A DNA stretch of 64,000 bases from Clostridiales bacterium (lineage in GTDB: Bacteria; Bacillota; Clostridia; Oscillospirales; CAG-272): positions 3,005 through 67,004 of the forward strand of contig QALR01000015.1 in the NCBI GenBank assembly GCA_003150035.1, written 5' to 3'. The notes under the pieces are model-generated. The model saw nothing but the letters and a program-made list of their open reading frames with translations, was not told the origin of the DNA and did no database searches. Shown piece by piece: positions 35,495 through 46,711 of the stretch. Position numbers and translations under genes: made by a program. The stretch's first letter is position 1, and every line of letters starts with the position of its first letter.

Positions 35495-36772
35495 TTAATT
35501 TTTCTTATCGGAGGCAGGCTCCTTCTTTTTTCTCAAATATTTATCGATTTTCTCAACCATGTTATCGGGCATTTTCTTATCCACCGGGAAGAATACCGCG
35601 TTAACCAACCGATCCGAGAATGCGGCAATAAATTTCGCCGTGCGCTCCAAGGACTGCGCCGTTACGGTTTCAATGACGTCATAGCGGCAATGAATCTGCG
35701 TCGTGCCGAGTGCCGCAGTACGCATGAAATTAATGCCAGGAATCCCTTTGTCTGCAAACGGAATCGAATCGGAGGAGTAAATGTCCTGACGGACGTTCAT
35801 CGGATATCCGATTTCCTTGTAAAAATACGTGATGGCATGGCAAAGCGATTCCTCACCCGTCACACGTGCCTCGTCGCGGCCAAGCAAAGGACCCGTCATA
35901 TCCACGTTGATGCAAAGACGAATTTTATCTAACAGGTCTTCATGAGATGCGACATAAGCCTTGCTTCCGAGGAGCCCTCTTTCCTCCGAGCCGCAGAAAA
36001 CAAAACGAAGTGTCCGCTTCGGCGGATTTTCCTTATAATAGCGAAGCAGCTCCAAAATGGTTGCCGTTCCAGACGCATTGTCAAACATCCCGGGGCTGAA
36101 TACCACCGAATCATAGTGCGCGGTATAGACGATAACCTCATCCGGATACTCCGTGCCGGGAATTTCCGCAATGATGTTCTGAGAATCTGCCTCGCCCTCC
36201 TCCTGAGAAAGCGTCAGCCTTACTTTTTTCGGCTCGGACGCCACAAGCGCAAGCGCATCCGTCATGCGAATGCAGACGCCGGGGAGCTGCCCCTTTTCGA
36301 TGTGCATCGGACGGAGCATACGCTCCTCTAAATCATAGGAGTCCTTGGTTTCACGGAAGGTTCCGGAACAGGAGATAAAGCCGACAACACCGGCATCGAT
36401 AAGCTTTGCAAAACCGTCGGCACTGATGCCTCCGGCAACAAACACGATCTTTCCTTTTACATGGACAAGATCGATCGGCTCCAGCGCCTCAAGATACACA
36501 AATTCCGCCTCAATGCCATCCGCCGCAGCATTGCCGGAAAAGCCGTAGCCCGTGACCTCATATTCCTTGTACACCGGCTCCGTCACCTCAAGCTTGGCCG
36601 TTTTGATCTGATACCTCGGCGCCCTAAAGGTTTCCACAACCGGCGCAACGCCGATGCTCTCAATCTCCTTTACCAAAATATCCGCCGCCTTCTTCTCTCC
36701 TTCAAAGGTAGAAAGACGAACAAAATTCATTTTTTTCAGCAGCTCATACATTCTGCTCCCGCTGATTTCCAT
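35495..36772 (-). CDS. M28-family metallo-aminopeptidase with a PA domain
   Basis: AHYDSV...DNASGTATILEL...FCGSEERGLLGSKAYV metal-ligand motifs. RBS AAGGAGG precedes the ATG at 36772. Confidence 0.8.
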   Translation of the reverse strand: MEISGSRMYELLKKMNFVRLSTFEGEKKAADILVKEIESIGVAPVVETFRAPRYQIKTAKLEVTEPVYKEYEVTGYGFSGNAAADGIEAEFVYLEALEPIDLVHVKGKIVFVAGGISADGFAKLIDAGVVGFISCSGTFRETKDSYDLEERMLRPMHIEKGQLPGVCIRMTDALALVASEPKKVRLTLSQEEGEADSQNIIAEIPGTEYPDEVIVYTAHYDSVVFSPGMFDNASGTATILELLRYYKENPPKRTLRFVFCGSEERGLLGSKAYVASHEDLLDKIRLCINVDMTGPLLGRDEARVTGEESLCHAITYFYKEIGYPMNVRQDIYSSDSIPFADKGIPGINFMRTAALGTTQIHCRYDVIETVTAQSLERTAKFIAAFSDRLVNAVFFPVDKKMPDNMVEKIDKYLRKKKEPASDKKN

Positions 36773-36870
36773 CCAACACAACCTCCTTTTTTATTTGCCA
36801 TGCGGCACCGCCGCATAGGAAAACGGCGTAAAAAGCTCAAAAGATGTGAGCTTTCACGCCGTATGATGGC

Positions 36871-37104
36871 TTATGCTTTTTTCTCTTCGATATAGGATGC
36901 GACATCGCCGACCGTAATCAGCTTATGGATGTCGTCTTCCTCGATATCAACGCCGAATTCCTCGTCGCAGCGAAGCGCTAGCTCCGCAAGCTCAAGAGAA
37001 TTGATGCCAAGGTCTGCCTCCAGTCTTGAATCCGTCATGATGATGTCGGGATCAAGGCCAAAGCTTTCCGCGAGCATCCCTTTTACCTGTTCGAACATTT
37101 CCAT
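36871..37104 (-). CDS. Acyl carrier protein
   Basis: 77 aa, acidic, with LGINSLELAEL (DSL-type phosphopantetheine Ser). The start may be the second ATG at 37098. Confidence 0.8.
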   Translation of the reverse strand: MEMFEQVKGMLAESFGLDPDIIMTDSRLEADLGINSLELAELALRCDEEFGVDIEEDDIHKLITVGDVASYIEEKKA

Positions 37105-37172
37105 ACACTCCTCTCGCGTCTCAAAGACGTTTTACGGTTTTCCGCTTCTGTTTTTCCCAACAGGGCTTTTCC

Positions 37173-38846
37173 TTATTTGAGCTTATAGCGGATGATTTTG
37201 CGCGATGTGGTTTTCTCAAATTCCGTATCTCGGATCTCCACGCATTTGATATGCTTGAACGTCGGAAGCTTTTTGTTGACCTCGTCGATCTCTGCCTCGA
37301 TCGCCGCTTGGATCTCTTCCCCCGTCTTGCCTTCAAATTTTTCGAAATCCGGATAAATCAATGCCGTGATAATCACATCGTTTTCATCGCCGCTCTTTCT
37401 GCCGAGAACGACGCATTCGCTTATCAGCTCGGAGGCGCTGAGGTATTCCTCGATCTCCTCCGGAAAAACATTCTTGCCATTGCTCGCGATAATAACGTTC
37501 TTCTTTCTTCCTGTTATAAATATGAAGTTATCCTCGTCAATATACCCGATGTCTCCAGTCTTAAACCAACCGTCTTCCGTGAACGCTTCCGCGGTCGCCA
37601 CGGGATTTTTGTAATAGCCTAGCATAACCGCATCGCCGTGTGCCAAAATCTCGCCCGTTTCATCGTCTGGATCCGCCTTTTCAATACGAACCTCCATATG
37701 CGGCACCTTGAGACCGACCGAGTGATATTTTCTCCAGTGCATCGGATTGGCGGAAATAAGGGGCGCGCATTCCGTAATGCCGTATCCCTCGCAGATTTTT
37801 ATGCCGAAAGCGTCGAAATCCGCCATAACCTCAGAACGAAGCGGCGCACCACCGCACACGATATAGTCGAGTCTGCCGCCGAAAGCGTCGATGATCTCGC
37901 GGAACATCGCGCGACGGACCTTTCTGGGAAGCCTTTTCGCCACCGGAAGCAGCCTGCGGATAAGGCCCGCCTTTCCTTTTTTCTCAATTTCCGCCCATAT
38001 CTTCTTGTGCATCGTTTCTACATACAGCGGAACGAGAACAAGGGCCGTCGGCTTATAGTGCGCAAAATTACGAAGCGTGTTTTTTATCGAATCATTGATG
38101 AACGTCGTAGCACCGGTATTGGGAAGCGCCAACTGTTCGCAGGTGAATTCATAGGAATGGTGAATCGGAAGCACAGACACAAAAAAGTCCTTTTCCGTTG
38201 TTGCCATAATGGAAACGGAATCCATCGTCGCCGTAATCAGATTGCGCTGATTGAGCATAACACCCTTGCTCGTGCCCGTTGTTCCCGAGGTAAAAAGAAT
38301 GGTGCAGAGCTTTTCTTTATCCACGATTTGGTTTTCTGCCGTTCTGTCGCCGGCTTCGTACGCTTCCCTACCGATTTCGAAAAATTTCTCAAAGGTAAGA
38401 AAGCGCTCGTCCTGTGGAAGACTCTCTCCGTCAAAATCGATACAGACAAAATATCGGACGCTCTTCATCTGCTCATAGGCTTCAAGAATTTTTTTATGAA
38501 GAGAATGGGTATATACCAAAAGCTCGATATCGCACATATCGACAAATCCGACAAGCTGCTCCGGAGAAATATCCTTGTCGAGCGGCACGATCACGCCACC
38601 GCAGGCTACCGTGGCTATGTAGGTCGCAACATAATCCGGATGCGTATCGCCCGTTACGCCGATAAATTTTCCCGCAACGCCAAGACTCGCCATCGCAGAG
38701 CTGATATAGTTGACATGCGCCAGCATGTCGCGAAAGGTAAAATGGCGTTCCTCTTTGTTGACCTTATAAATATAACGGTCACGGTCGCCATAGCGCTGCG
38801 CCTGCTTGACAACGCCGTCATAAAGATTGTCGAACTCATAAATCAT
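37173..38846 (-). CDS. AMP-dependent acyl-CoA/acyl-ACP ligase (long-chain fatty acid ligase family)
   Basis: AMP-binding motif TSGTTGTSKGV, YGITE, GWFKTGD...GRKKN. Confidence 0.85.
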   Translation of the reverse strand: MIYEFDNLYDGVVKQAQRYGDRDRYIYKVNKEERHFTFRDMLAHVNYISSAMASLGVAGKFIGVTGDTHPDYVATYIATVACGGVIVPLDKDISPEQLVGFVDMCDIELLVYTHSLHKKILEAYEQMKSVRYFVCIDFDGESLPQDERFLTFEKFFEIGREAYEAGDRTAENQIVDKEKLCTILFTSGTTGTSKGVMLNQRNLITATMDSVSIMATTEKDFFVSVLPIHHSYEFTCEQLALPNTGATTFINDSIKNTLRNFAHYKPTALVLVPLYVETMHKKIWAEIEKKGKAGLIRRLLPVAKRLPRKVRRAMFREIIDAFGGRLDYIVCGGAPLRSEVMADFDAFGIKICEGYGITECAPLISANPMHWRKYHSVGLKVPHMEVRIEKADPDDETGEILAHGDAVMLGYYKNPVATAEAFTEDGWFKTGDIGYIDEDNFIFITGRKKNVIIASNGKNVFPEEIEEYLSASELISECVVLGRKSGDENDVIITALIYPDFEKFEGKTGEEIQAAIEAEIDEVNKKLPTFKHIKCVEIRDTEFEKTTSRKIIRYKLK

Positions 38847-39238
38847 ATGAGTGGGCTGACCTTTTTTCAAAACAAAACCTTCTTTCCTGTAGACTTGGAA
38901 TGGTCGAATTACAAAAAGCGCCGTAAAAATATAACAAATTTATTATAGTAAAAACACATCCGTTTGTCAAGAGATTTTCAGACGTTCTCCGCTTCTGTCA
39001 TTCACAGCGATTTTGGCATTCAAATAAAAATAACGAATCAAGACTTTCAAACGGGACAAATTTTCTTGCAGTTAACAACAATACGCACCGCTGCTTTTGG
39101 ATTCGAGACAAGCTTCTGACCATATATACGCCAAAACGCAGAATAGAAATCCGTGCTGCCCTATCCCATCAGACACCAATGAAAGCGACACTGCATATTC
39201 TGACATTATGAAAAGGAGTAACTCGGAGGATAAGAAAT

Positions 39239-40330
39239 ATGGTTACCGTCAGCCTGTGTATGATTGTAAAAAATGAAGAAGCTGTTCTCGCCCGGTGTCT
39301 TGACAGCATCCGGGAAGGCGTTGATGAAATCATTGTCGTCGATACGGGAAGCACCGATAAAACCAAGGAAATCGCGGCCCGGTATACCTCCCGTATATAC
39401 GATTTTGAATGGAACTTCGATTTTTCCGCCGCCCGCAATTTTTCCTTTTCCAAAGCTACGATGGATTTTGCCATGTGGTTGGATGCAGACGATGTTTTTA
39501 CAAAAGAAAATCTCGCGGCCTTTCTCCAGCTGAAACAAACAATACCGAATGACGTGGATACCGTTATGATGCGATACAATACAGCGTTTGACGAAAATGG
39601 GAACCCGGTCTTTTCCTATTATCGAGAACGAATGATCCGTACGAATATTCCGTATGAATGGAAAGGAAGAGTTCACGAAGCGATTGTCCATGCCGGACGC
39701 TCTATGTATTCCGATGTGGCCGTGAACCACAAGTCGATTAAAACCGTTTACAGCGACCGCAATCTGAAAATTTATGAGAAGCAAAAGGCGGCAGGCGAGC
39801 CTTTCACCCCGCGGGACACCTTTTACTATGCGAGAGAGCTCTACTATCATAAGCAATATGACAGGGCCATCGATATGCTGAACGGCTTTCTCTCCGACGG
39901 ACGCGGTTGGGTGGAGAACAACATTGAAGCCTGCAAAATCTTATCCTGTTGCTATAGAGAAAAAGGGAATTTTTCACAGGCCATCGCCGCACTTTCCGCA
40001 TCCTTTCAGTACGATATGCCCCGTGCGGAAATTTGCTGTGAAATTGGAAGCCTTTGGATGCGCATGCAAAACTACCGCACCGCCGCATTTTGGTACGAAC
40101 TTGCCCGCGTGGTTCCCCGCAACGACAAAAGCGGCGGTTTTATATCAGAGGATTCCCACGGCTATCTGCCCTGTATTCAGCTCTGCGTCTGTTACGACAA
40201 GCTTGGCAATCACAAAAAAGCAGAGGAATACAACCGCATGGCTGGCACATTTCGTCCGTCCTCACCCGCCTATTTGCAAAACTTGGAATACTTTAGCCGG
40301 CTTTCTCCGCACTCTCCCGAACATTCGTGA
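39239..40330 (+). CDS. GT2-family glycosyltransferase with a C-terminal TPR-like domain (SunS / protein-glycosyltransferase-like)
   Basis: SLCMIVKNEEAVLARCLDSIREGVDEIIVVDTGSTDKT...NFDFSAARNFS...WLDADD (the DxD), then GRVHEAI, then helical repeats (ARELYYHKQYDRAIDML..., AAFWYELA...). Confidence 0.8.
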   Translation: MVTVSLCMIVKNEEAVLARCLDSIREGVDEIIVVDTGSTDKTKEIAARYTSRIYDFEWNFDFSAARNFSFSKATMDFAMWLDADDVFTKENLAAFLQLKQTIPNDVDTVMMRYNTAFDENGNPVFSYYRERMIRTNIPYEWKGRVHEAIVHAGRSMYSDVAVNHKSIKTVYSDRNLKIYEKQKAAGEPFTPRDTFYYARELYYHKQYDRAIDMLNGFLSDGRGWVENNIEACKILSCCYREKGNFSQAIAALSASFQYDMPRAEICCEIGSLWMRMQNYRTAAFWYELARVVPRNDKSGGFISEDSHGYLPCIQLCVCYDKLGNHKKAEEYNRMAGTFRPSSPAYLQNLEYFSRLSPHSPEHS

Positions 40331-42127
<1,797 letters not shown>

Positions 42128-42139
42128 TTGACAGACGGG

Positions 42140-42168
42140 GAGAGGGAAAACGAATCGTTTTCCCTCTC
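42140..42168 (+). terminator. Hairpin terminator after the collagen-like gene
   Basis: Perfect 13-bp stem GAGAGGGAAAACG-AAT-CGTTTTCCCTCTC. The U-tract is weak (TACCTTTAT). Confidence 0.6.
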
Positions 42169-42262
42169 TACCTTTATACGCTATGACTATAGCAGCTGCT
42201 TGTTCGCGAATTGAAACGGACAAGCGTATATTTTCCTCTGCGGGGCATCGCCGTGCAGAACT

Positions 42263-42655
42263 TTATCGGAGCTTAAATCCGCGCGGGAACAGTTCTCCAA
42301 GCGTGGTCTTCTGGTAGTCGTCTTCCTTCTTTGCGCATATGACAATAAACGACTCCTCACAAAATTCATACAGAAACTGCCGGCAGACACCGCACGGCGT
42401 TGTATAATCCGTCTCCGAGCCTACAATGGCAATCGCCAAAAAATGACGCTGTCCCTCTGACACTGCTTTGGCCACCGCGCATCTTTCCGCACAAAGCGTC
42501 GGCGTATAAGAGGAGTTTTCAATGTTACAGCCGGTGTATACCGTGCCATCCGCGCAAAGCAATGCCGCTCCGACCCGGAATCCGGAAAACGGTGCGTATG
42601 CATGTTCCCTTGCGTCCTTTGCCAAGCGTATTAATCTTTGATCATCCATCCGCAT
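42263..42655 (-). CDS. cdd: Cytidine deaminase
   Basis: CAERCA and PCGVCRQ zinc motifs; 130 aa homotetramer-type Cdd. Confidence 0.9.
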   Translation of the reverse strand: MRMDDQRLIRLAKDAREHAYAPFSGFRVGAALLCADGTVYTGCNIENSSYTPTLCAERCAVAKAVSEGQRHFLAIAIVGSETDYTTPCGVCRQFLYEFCEESFIVICAKKEDDYQKTTLGELFPRGFKLR

Positions 42656-42664
42656 AACCGCCTC

Positions 42665-43825
42665 TCAAACAATCCGGTCAAGAAAGCTGCTTCCATTCAA
42701 GGAGTACGATACGCCGAAATAATCGGCAATCGTCGCCGCGATATCGGAATACGTGGAGAGCGTTCCAAGATTGACCGGTCTGATTTTTCTGCCATATACC
42801 AAAAGCGGTACATCCTCGCGCGTATGATCCGTTCCGGCAAAGTTCGGGTCACAGCCGTGGTCCGCCGTAATCATCAGAATATCATCCCGTCCCATGCCAG
42901 CCAGAAACTCCGGCAGCCATGCGTCAAGGCTCATCACCGCCGCGGCATATCCGCGCGCATCTCTGCGATGTCCGTACAGCATGTCAAAATCCACAAAATT
43001 GATAAAAGCAAGCCCTGAAAAATCTCGTGAAAGCAGCTCCAGGCATACGCGCATCCCATCGTCATTGCCGCTTGTCCGGATGGACTCCGTTATGCCAGAA
43101 CCCGCAAAAATATCTCCGATTTTTCCCACGCCTATCGTTTCGATATCCGATTCCGACAGAAGATTCAAAACCGTTTTTCCGGGCGGCGGAGCCGAAAAAT
43201 CATGGCGGCGCGACGTGCGCTCATACGGCCATTCTCCTGTAAACGGCCTTGCGATGACTCTGCCTACGAGATTCTCTCCCACCAAAAGCTCTCGTGCAAT
43301 CCGACAATACCGGTACAGCTCCTCCACCGGAACCACGTCCTCATGCGCCGCAATCTGAAACACGCTGTCCGCGGAAGTATAGACAATCAGTTTTCCCGTT
43401 TTTATGTGCTCCCGCCCGTAATCCCGGATGACCTGCGTGCCGGAATACGGCTTGTTGCATAAAACACCTCGGCCGCATCGTTTTTCAAACTCACGAATGA
43501 TCGCCTCCGGAAATCCGCCCGGATAAGTTGGCAGCGGCACATCCGAACGGATGCCGGCCATTTCCCAATGTCCGATGGTGGTATCTTTTCCCTTTGACAT
43601 TTCCCGGACGCGCGCATAAGCGCCAGAGGAAATCCCAGAACCAAACGGAGATTCAACGCCATCGATACGGAAAAGTCCAAGAGATGCTAGTGTGGGCGCA
43701 GAAAAGCCTTCCGTTTTCATGACGGAAGCAAGCGTATTGCTTCCAAGGTCGCCAAAGGCTTCGGCATCTGCGGCACCACCGATGCCGAAGCTGTCCATCA
43801 CTATCAGGAATATTCTTTTCTTCAT
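42665..43825 (-). CDS. deoB: Phosphopentomutase
   Basis: IVMDSFGIG, GHWE, TADHGCDP motifs. Confidence 0.92.
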   Translation of the reverse strand: MKKRIFLIVMDSFGIGGAADAEAFGDLGSNTLASVMKTEGFSAPTLASLGLFRIDGVESPFGSGISSGAYARVREMSKGKDTTIGHWEMAGIRSDVPLPTYPGGFPEAIIREFEKRCGRGVLCNKPYSGTQVIRDYGREHIKTGKLIVYTSADSVFQIAAHEDVVPVEELYRYCRIARELLVGENLVGRVIARPFTGEWPYERTSRRHDFSAPPPGKTVLNLLSESDIETIGVGKIGDIFAGSGITESIRTSGNDDGMRVCLELLSRDFSGLAFINFVDFDMLYGHRRDARGYAAAVMSLDAWLPEFLAGMGRDDILMITADHGCDPNFAGTDHTREDVPLLVYGRKIRPVNLGTLSTYSDIAATIADYFGVSYSLNGSSFLDRIV

Positions 43826-44109
43826 CTTCTGTCACCATCCCTTCTTTTTCTGCGGGCTGCCATACCATTTGCATATCGCATAGGCCATGTGTAAAGCCCG
43901 CCAATCTTTACGTATATTATCATACATATGGTAGCACATATTGCCAATCCTATTGGTGAAATATTTGTAAATTTCAACGCAAACAAAACGGGATAACGCT
44001 CTGCTCCGGATGGCTTTGTCTTCCTGCGCCGCGCTGCGGCTGCCCTGCAAACGCGACGGATTCCGCCATATGATCCTAGCCCCTCATTCTATATCTAGCG
44101 AAAGGACGG

Positions 44110-44619
44110 TCAGACAGCATCCGCCATCAACTCACGAAAGAGCCTTTCATGATGCTCCTCGTCCGCAAGGATACGCGCAAGCACCCCTTTTACACCATCG
44201 TCCGAAATTTTGCCGAAAATGTTCCGATAAACAGAAATTGCCTGCTTTTCGCCACGCCATGCAGCGGCAAGAAGCCTGTCAGGATTCGTATCATATTCCA
44301 GTCCGGAAGCGGCAAACGGGTTCCGTCTGTCAGACTGATATTTTGGGGCACCCCCGAGATCGCGGATAAGCGCCCCAAGAAGTTCAAGATGACGCATTTC
44401 CACCTCGGCTATATAAGAAAAAATATCGGATATGACCGCCGGTTTTCTGTTTTTGCATACCGTTTTCGCATAAAGATACTGCAAAACGGATGTAACCTCC
44501 CCACCCTGTCCCGCATAGGGGGCCGACAGCAGTCTGGCATAGGCAAGATTCGGTTCCCGGATCTCCGGGACCGGATAAGGCTCCGGCACGATACAACGCG
44601 CCTTGATTCTGTTTATCAT
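44110..44619 (-). CDS. Ferritin-like / manganese-catalase-family protein (CotJC-like)
   Basis: PEPYPVPEIREPNLAYARLLSAPYAGQGGEVTSVLQYLY, then EVEMRHLE and ADEEHHERLF di-metal motifs. The ATG at 44619 follows AAGGGAG; the longer 275-aa track ORF is rejected. Confidence 0.65.
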   Translation of the reverse strand: MINRIKARCIVPEPYPVPEIREPNLAYARLLSAPYAGQGGEVTSVLQYLYAKTVCKNRKPAVISDIFSYIAEVEMRHLELLGALIRDLGGAPKYQSDRRNPFAASGLEYDTNPDRLLAAAWRGEKQAISVYRNIFGKISDDGVKGVLARILADEEHHERLFRELMADAV

Positions 44620-44701
44620 GAAAAATTCACTCCCTTTTCTGCTTTTTTCTATTATACATATGCGGAAATGCCGAAATCGGAACCGAGTTTTCACAATCAA
44701 A

Positions 44702-44731
44702 TTGACAATCATGCCGCTTCCGGTGTATAAT
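44702..44731 (+). promoter_or_regulatory. Candidate sigma-A promoter of the ABC-F gene
   Basis: TTGACA, 18 nt, TATAAT. Confidence 0.5.
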
Positions 44732-44770
44732 AAGAACCATGATTCTACAAAGAAACGGGAAATTCTCCAA

Positions 44771-46711
44771 ATGACGATACTGGGCGTAAATGATATCCTC
44801 GTGGAATACGGAACGGATATCATTCTGCAAAAAATCAATTTTTCCATCGAGGAAGGCGACAGACTCGGGATTGTCGGCGTCAACGGCGCGGGCAAATCCA
44901 CGCTTTTGCACGTGATCGCCGGCAAAAAGGAATCCACTTCCGGCGCGGTTTATGTGGCAAAAGGCAAAACGATCGCCATGCTCGAGCAGAACGCGATGCT
45001 GGAAAGCAGCAAAACCCTTTTAGAAGAAATGGAAGACGCTTTTCCCGAATGCAAACGCATCGAAACACGGCTTGCCGCGCTTCACGAAGAGATGGAAAGG
45101 GATGCCGCACAGAATGCGTGCGATGAAAGAAAAATCGCGGAATTTTCTGCACTAACGGAAGCCTTCGGAAAAATCGGCGGCTATGAATACCGCTCCCGTA
45201 TCCGTGCCATGCTGACAAGGTTCGGCTTTCCGGATGCAGAGCAGACAAAAAAAATCAATATGCTGTCCGGAGGCGAGCGAACACGGCTTGCGCTTGTACG
45301 GCTTCTGCTTATCGAACCGGATATCCTGATTCTGGACGAGCCGACCAACCATCTTGACACGGATACGCTCTATTGGCTAGAAGATCATCTGAGAAATTAT
45401 CCGGGAACACTGATTCTCGTCTCGCACGACCGGTATTTTCTTGACCGGACAGTGACAAAAATTTTGGATATTGAAAACACAAAGGCCTCCCTCTATACCG
45501 GCAATTACGAACAATTCGCCGCGAAAAAAGCACAGGCGAGGAAAGCTCTCGCAAAGCAGTATGAGCTCCAACAAAAGGAAATTGCTCGCATAGAGTCCAT
45601 CATCGAGCAGCAGCGCCGCTTCGGGCAGGAACGTAATTTCATCACCATTGCCAGCAAGCGAAAGCAAATTGAGCATATGGAAAAAATCGACGCGCCGGAA
45701 AAGACGCCGGACGGTATTCGGATTGCATTTGCGGAAGCGGGAGAAAGCGGAAGCGAGGTACTGGAGGTTTCTCACCTGGCAAAATCTTTCGGGGAGCGCA
45801 CGATTTTCGGGGACATCTCCTTTCTCGTCAAAAAACAGGACCGCGTTGTTATCATAGGACCCAACGGCTGCGGAAAATCCACGCTGCTCAAAATCCTCGG
45901 CGGATTTTTGGAGCAGGACACCGGCGTTTATGAATTCGGAACAGGCGTTGTCGCCGGCTATTACGACCAAGAGCAGCAATCCCTCGATGAATCGTGTACC
46001 GTACTCGAGGAGGTCTGCCGGACCCATGAAAAACTCACCTTCACGAAGATACGGACGGCGCTGGCAGGCTTTCTCTTTTTTGCCGAGGACATGGATAAAA
46101 AAGTATCCGTCTTATCCGGCGGTGAAAAAGCACGGCTGATGCTCTGTAAAATGATTCTCTCAAAGGTCAATCTGCTGATTCTCGACGAGCCGACCAACCA
46201 TCTTGACATCGCCTCCAGAGAGGCGCTCGAGGATGCGCTGCTTGCCTTTAACGGAACCATTATCGCCGTATCCCACGATCGATATTTCATCAAAAAGCTT
46301 TCCACGCGCATTTTCGATATGACAGACGGCTTCTGCGACTACCACGGAACCTTCGATGAATATCTGGAATATCGGGAAAAAAAGCTTGCCGCGGCGCCGG
46401 CAGAGAAAGAGGAAAAGCAGGCGTCGGACGGCAAAGCAAAATATCTCGAAAATAAAAAGCTTGCGGCAGAGATCCGCAGACAGGAGAAGAAACTAGAACG
46501 TGCAGAAACGGCAATTGAGGCACTAGACCACGAACGTGCGGCTCTGGAGTCGGAAATGAACGATACAGCCTCCGGCGATTATGTGCGGCTCTCTGAAATT
46601 ACCGACAGGTTAACGGAGATCAAAAATCAAACGGACGCGCTTTTTCTCGAAATGGAGGAGGCGGAAAGCTTCCTTTCGGAAAACCGCGCACAAGGGACAA
46701 AAAATGAATAA
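44771..46711 (+). CDS. ABC-F family ATPase (two NBDs, no TM domain, C-terminal coiled coil; Uup/YfmR-like translation factor class)
   Basis: Two Walker A motifs (GVNGAGKST, GPNGCGKST), two signatures (LSGGERTR, LSGGEKAR), an inter-domain linker and a K/E-rich C-terminal coiled coil. The ATG at 44771 is preferred. Confidence 0.88.
   Translation: MTILGVNDILVEYGTDIILQKINFSIEEGDRLGIVGVNGAGKSTLLHVIAGKKESTSGAVYVAKGKTIAMLEQNAMLESSKTLLEEMEDAFPECKRIETRLAALHEEMERDAAQNACDERKIAEFSALTEAFGKIGGYEYRSRIRAMLTRFGFPDAEQTKKINMLSGGERTRLALVRLLLIEPDILILDEPTNHLDTDTLYWLEDHLRNYPGTLILVSHDRYFLDRTVTKILDIENTKASLYTGNYEQFAAKKAQARKALAKQYELQQKEIARIESIIEQQRRFGQERNFITIASKRKQIEHMEKIDAPEKTPDGIRIAFAEAGESGSEVLEVSHLAKSFGERTIFGDISFLVKKQDRVVIIGPNGCGKSTLLKILGGFLEQDTGVYEFGTGVVAGYYDQEQQSLDESCTVLEEVCRTHEKLTFTKIRTALAGFLFFAEDMDKKVSVLSGGEKARLMLCKMILSKVNLLILDEPTNHLDIASREALEDALLAFNGTIIAVSHDRYFIKKLSTRIFDMTDGFCDYHGTFDEYLEYREKKLAAAPAEKEEKQASDGKAKYLENKKLAAEIRRQEKKLERAETAIEALDHERAALESEMNDTASGDYVRLSEITDRLTEIKNQTDALFLEMEEAESFLSENRAQGTKNE

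Noticed and set aside
37638-38948. 436-aa + strand ORF antisense to the acyl-AMP ligase. Similar long antisense ORFs lie at 23318-24283 (guaA), 28219-28968 (DeoR), 32016-33794 (E1), 45377-46027 (ABC-F), 50191-51309 (ispH/S1), 54567-55784 (PBP), 57171-57992 (murE) and 59568-60341 (mraY).
   Set aside because: Their translations are Arg/His/Lys-rich and low-complexity, with no motifs, RBS or start context. Each lies fully inside a well-supported gene on the other strand. This is the typical open antisense frame produced by codon bias.
38871-39238. Searched the region upstream of the glycosyltransferase for sporulation sigma-E or sigma-K promoter motifs.
   Set aside because: Only partial matches were found (for example GCATATTCT), with no convincing -35 partner at the right spacing. 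They are not strong enough to call by eye.
44620-44937. 106-aa N-terminal extension of the ferritin-like ORF in the track (275 aa in total).
   Set aside because: The extension is antisense to the ABC-F promoter and 5' coding region and has no homology signal. A good RBS plus ATG at 44619 gives a normal-size 169-aa ferritin-like protein.
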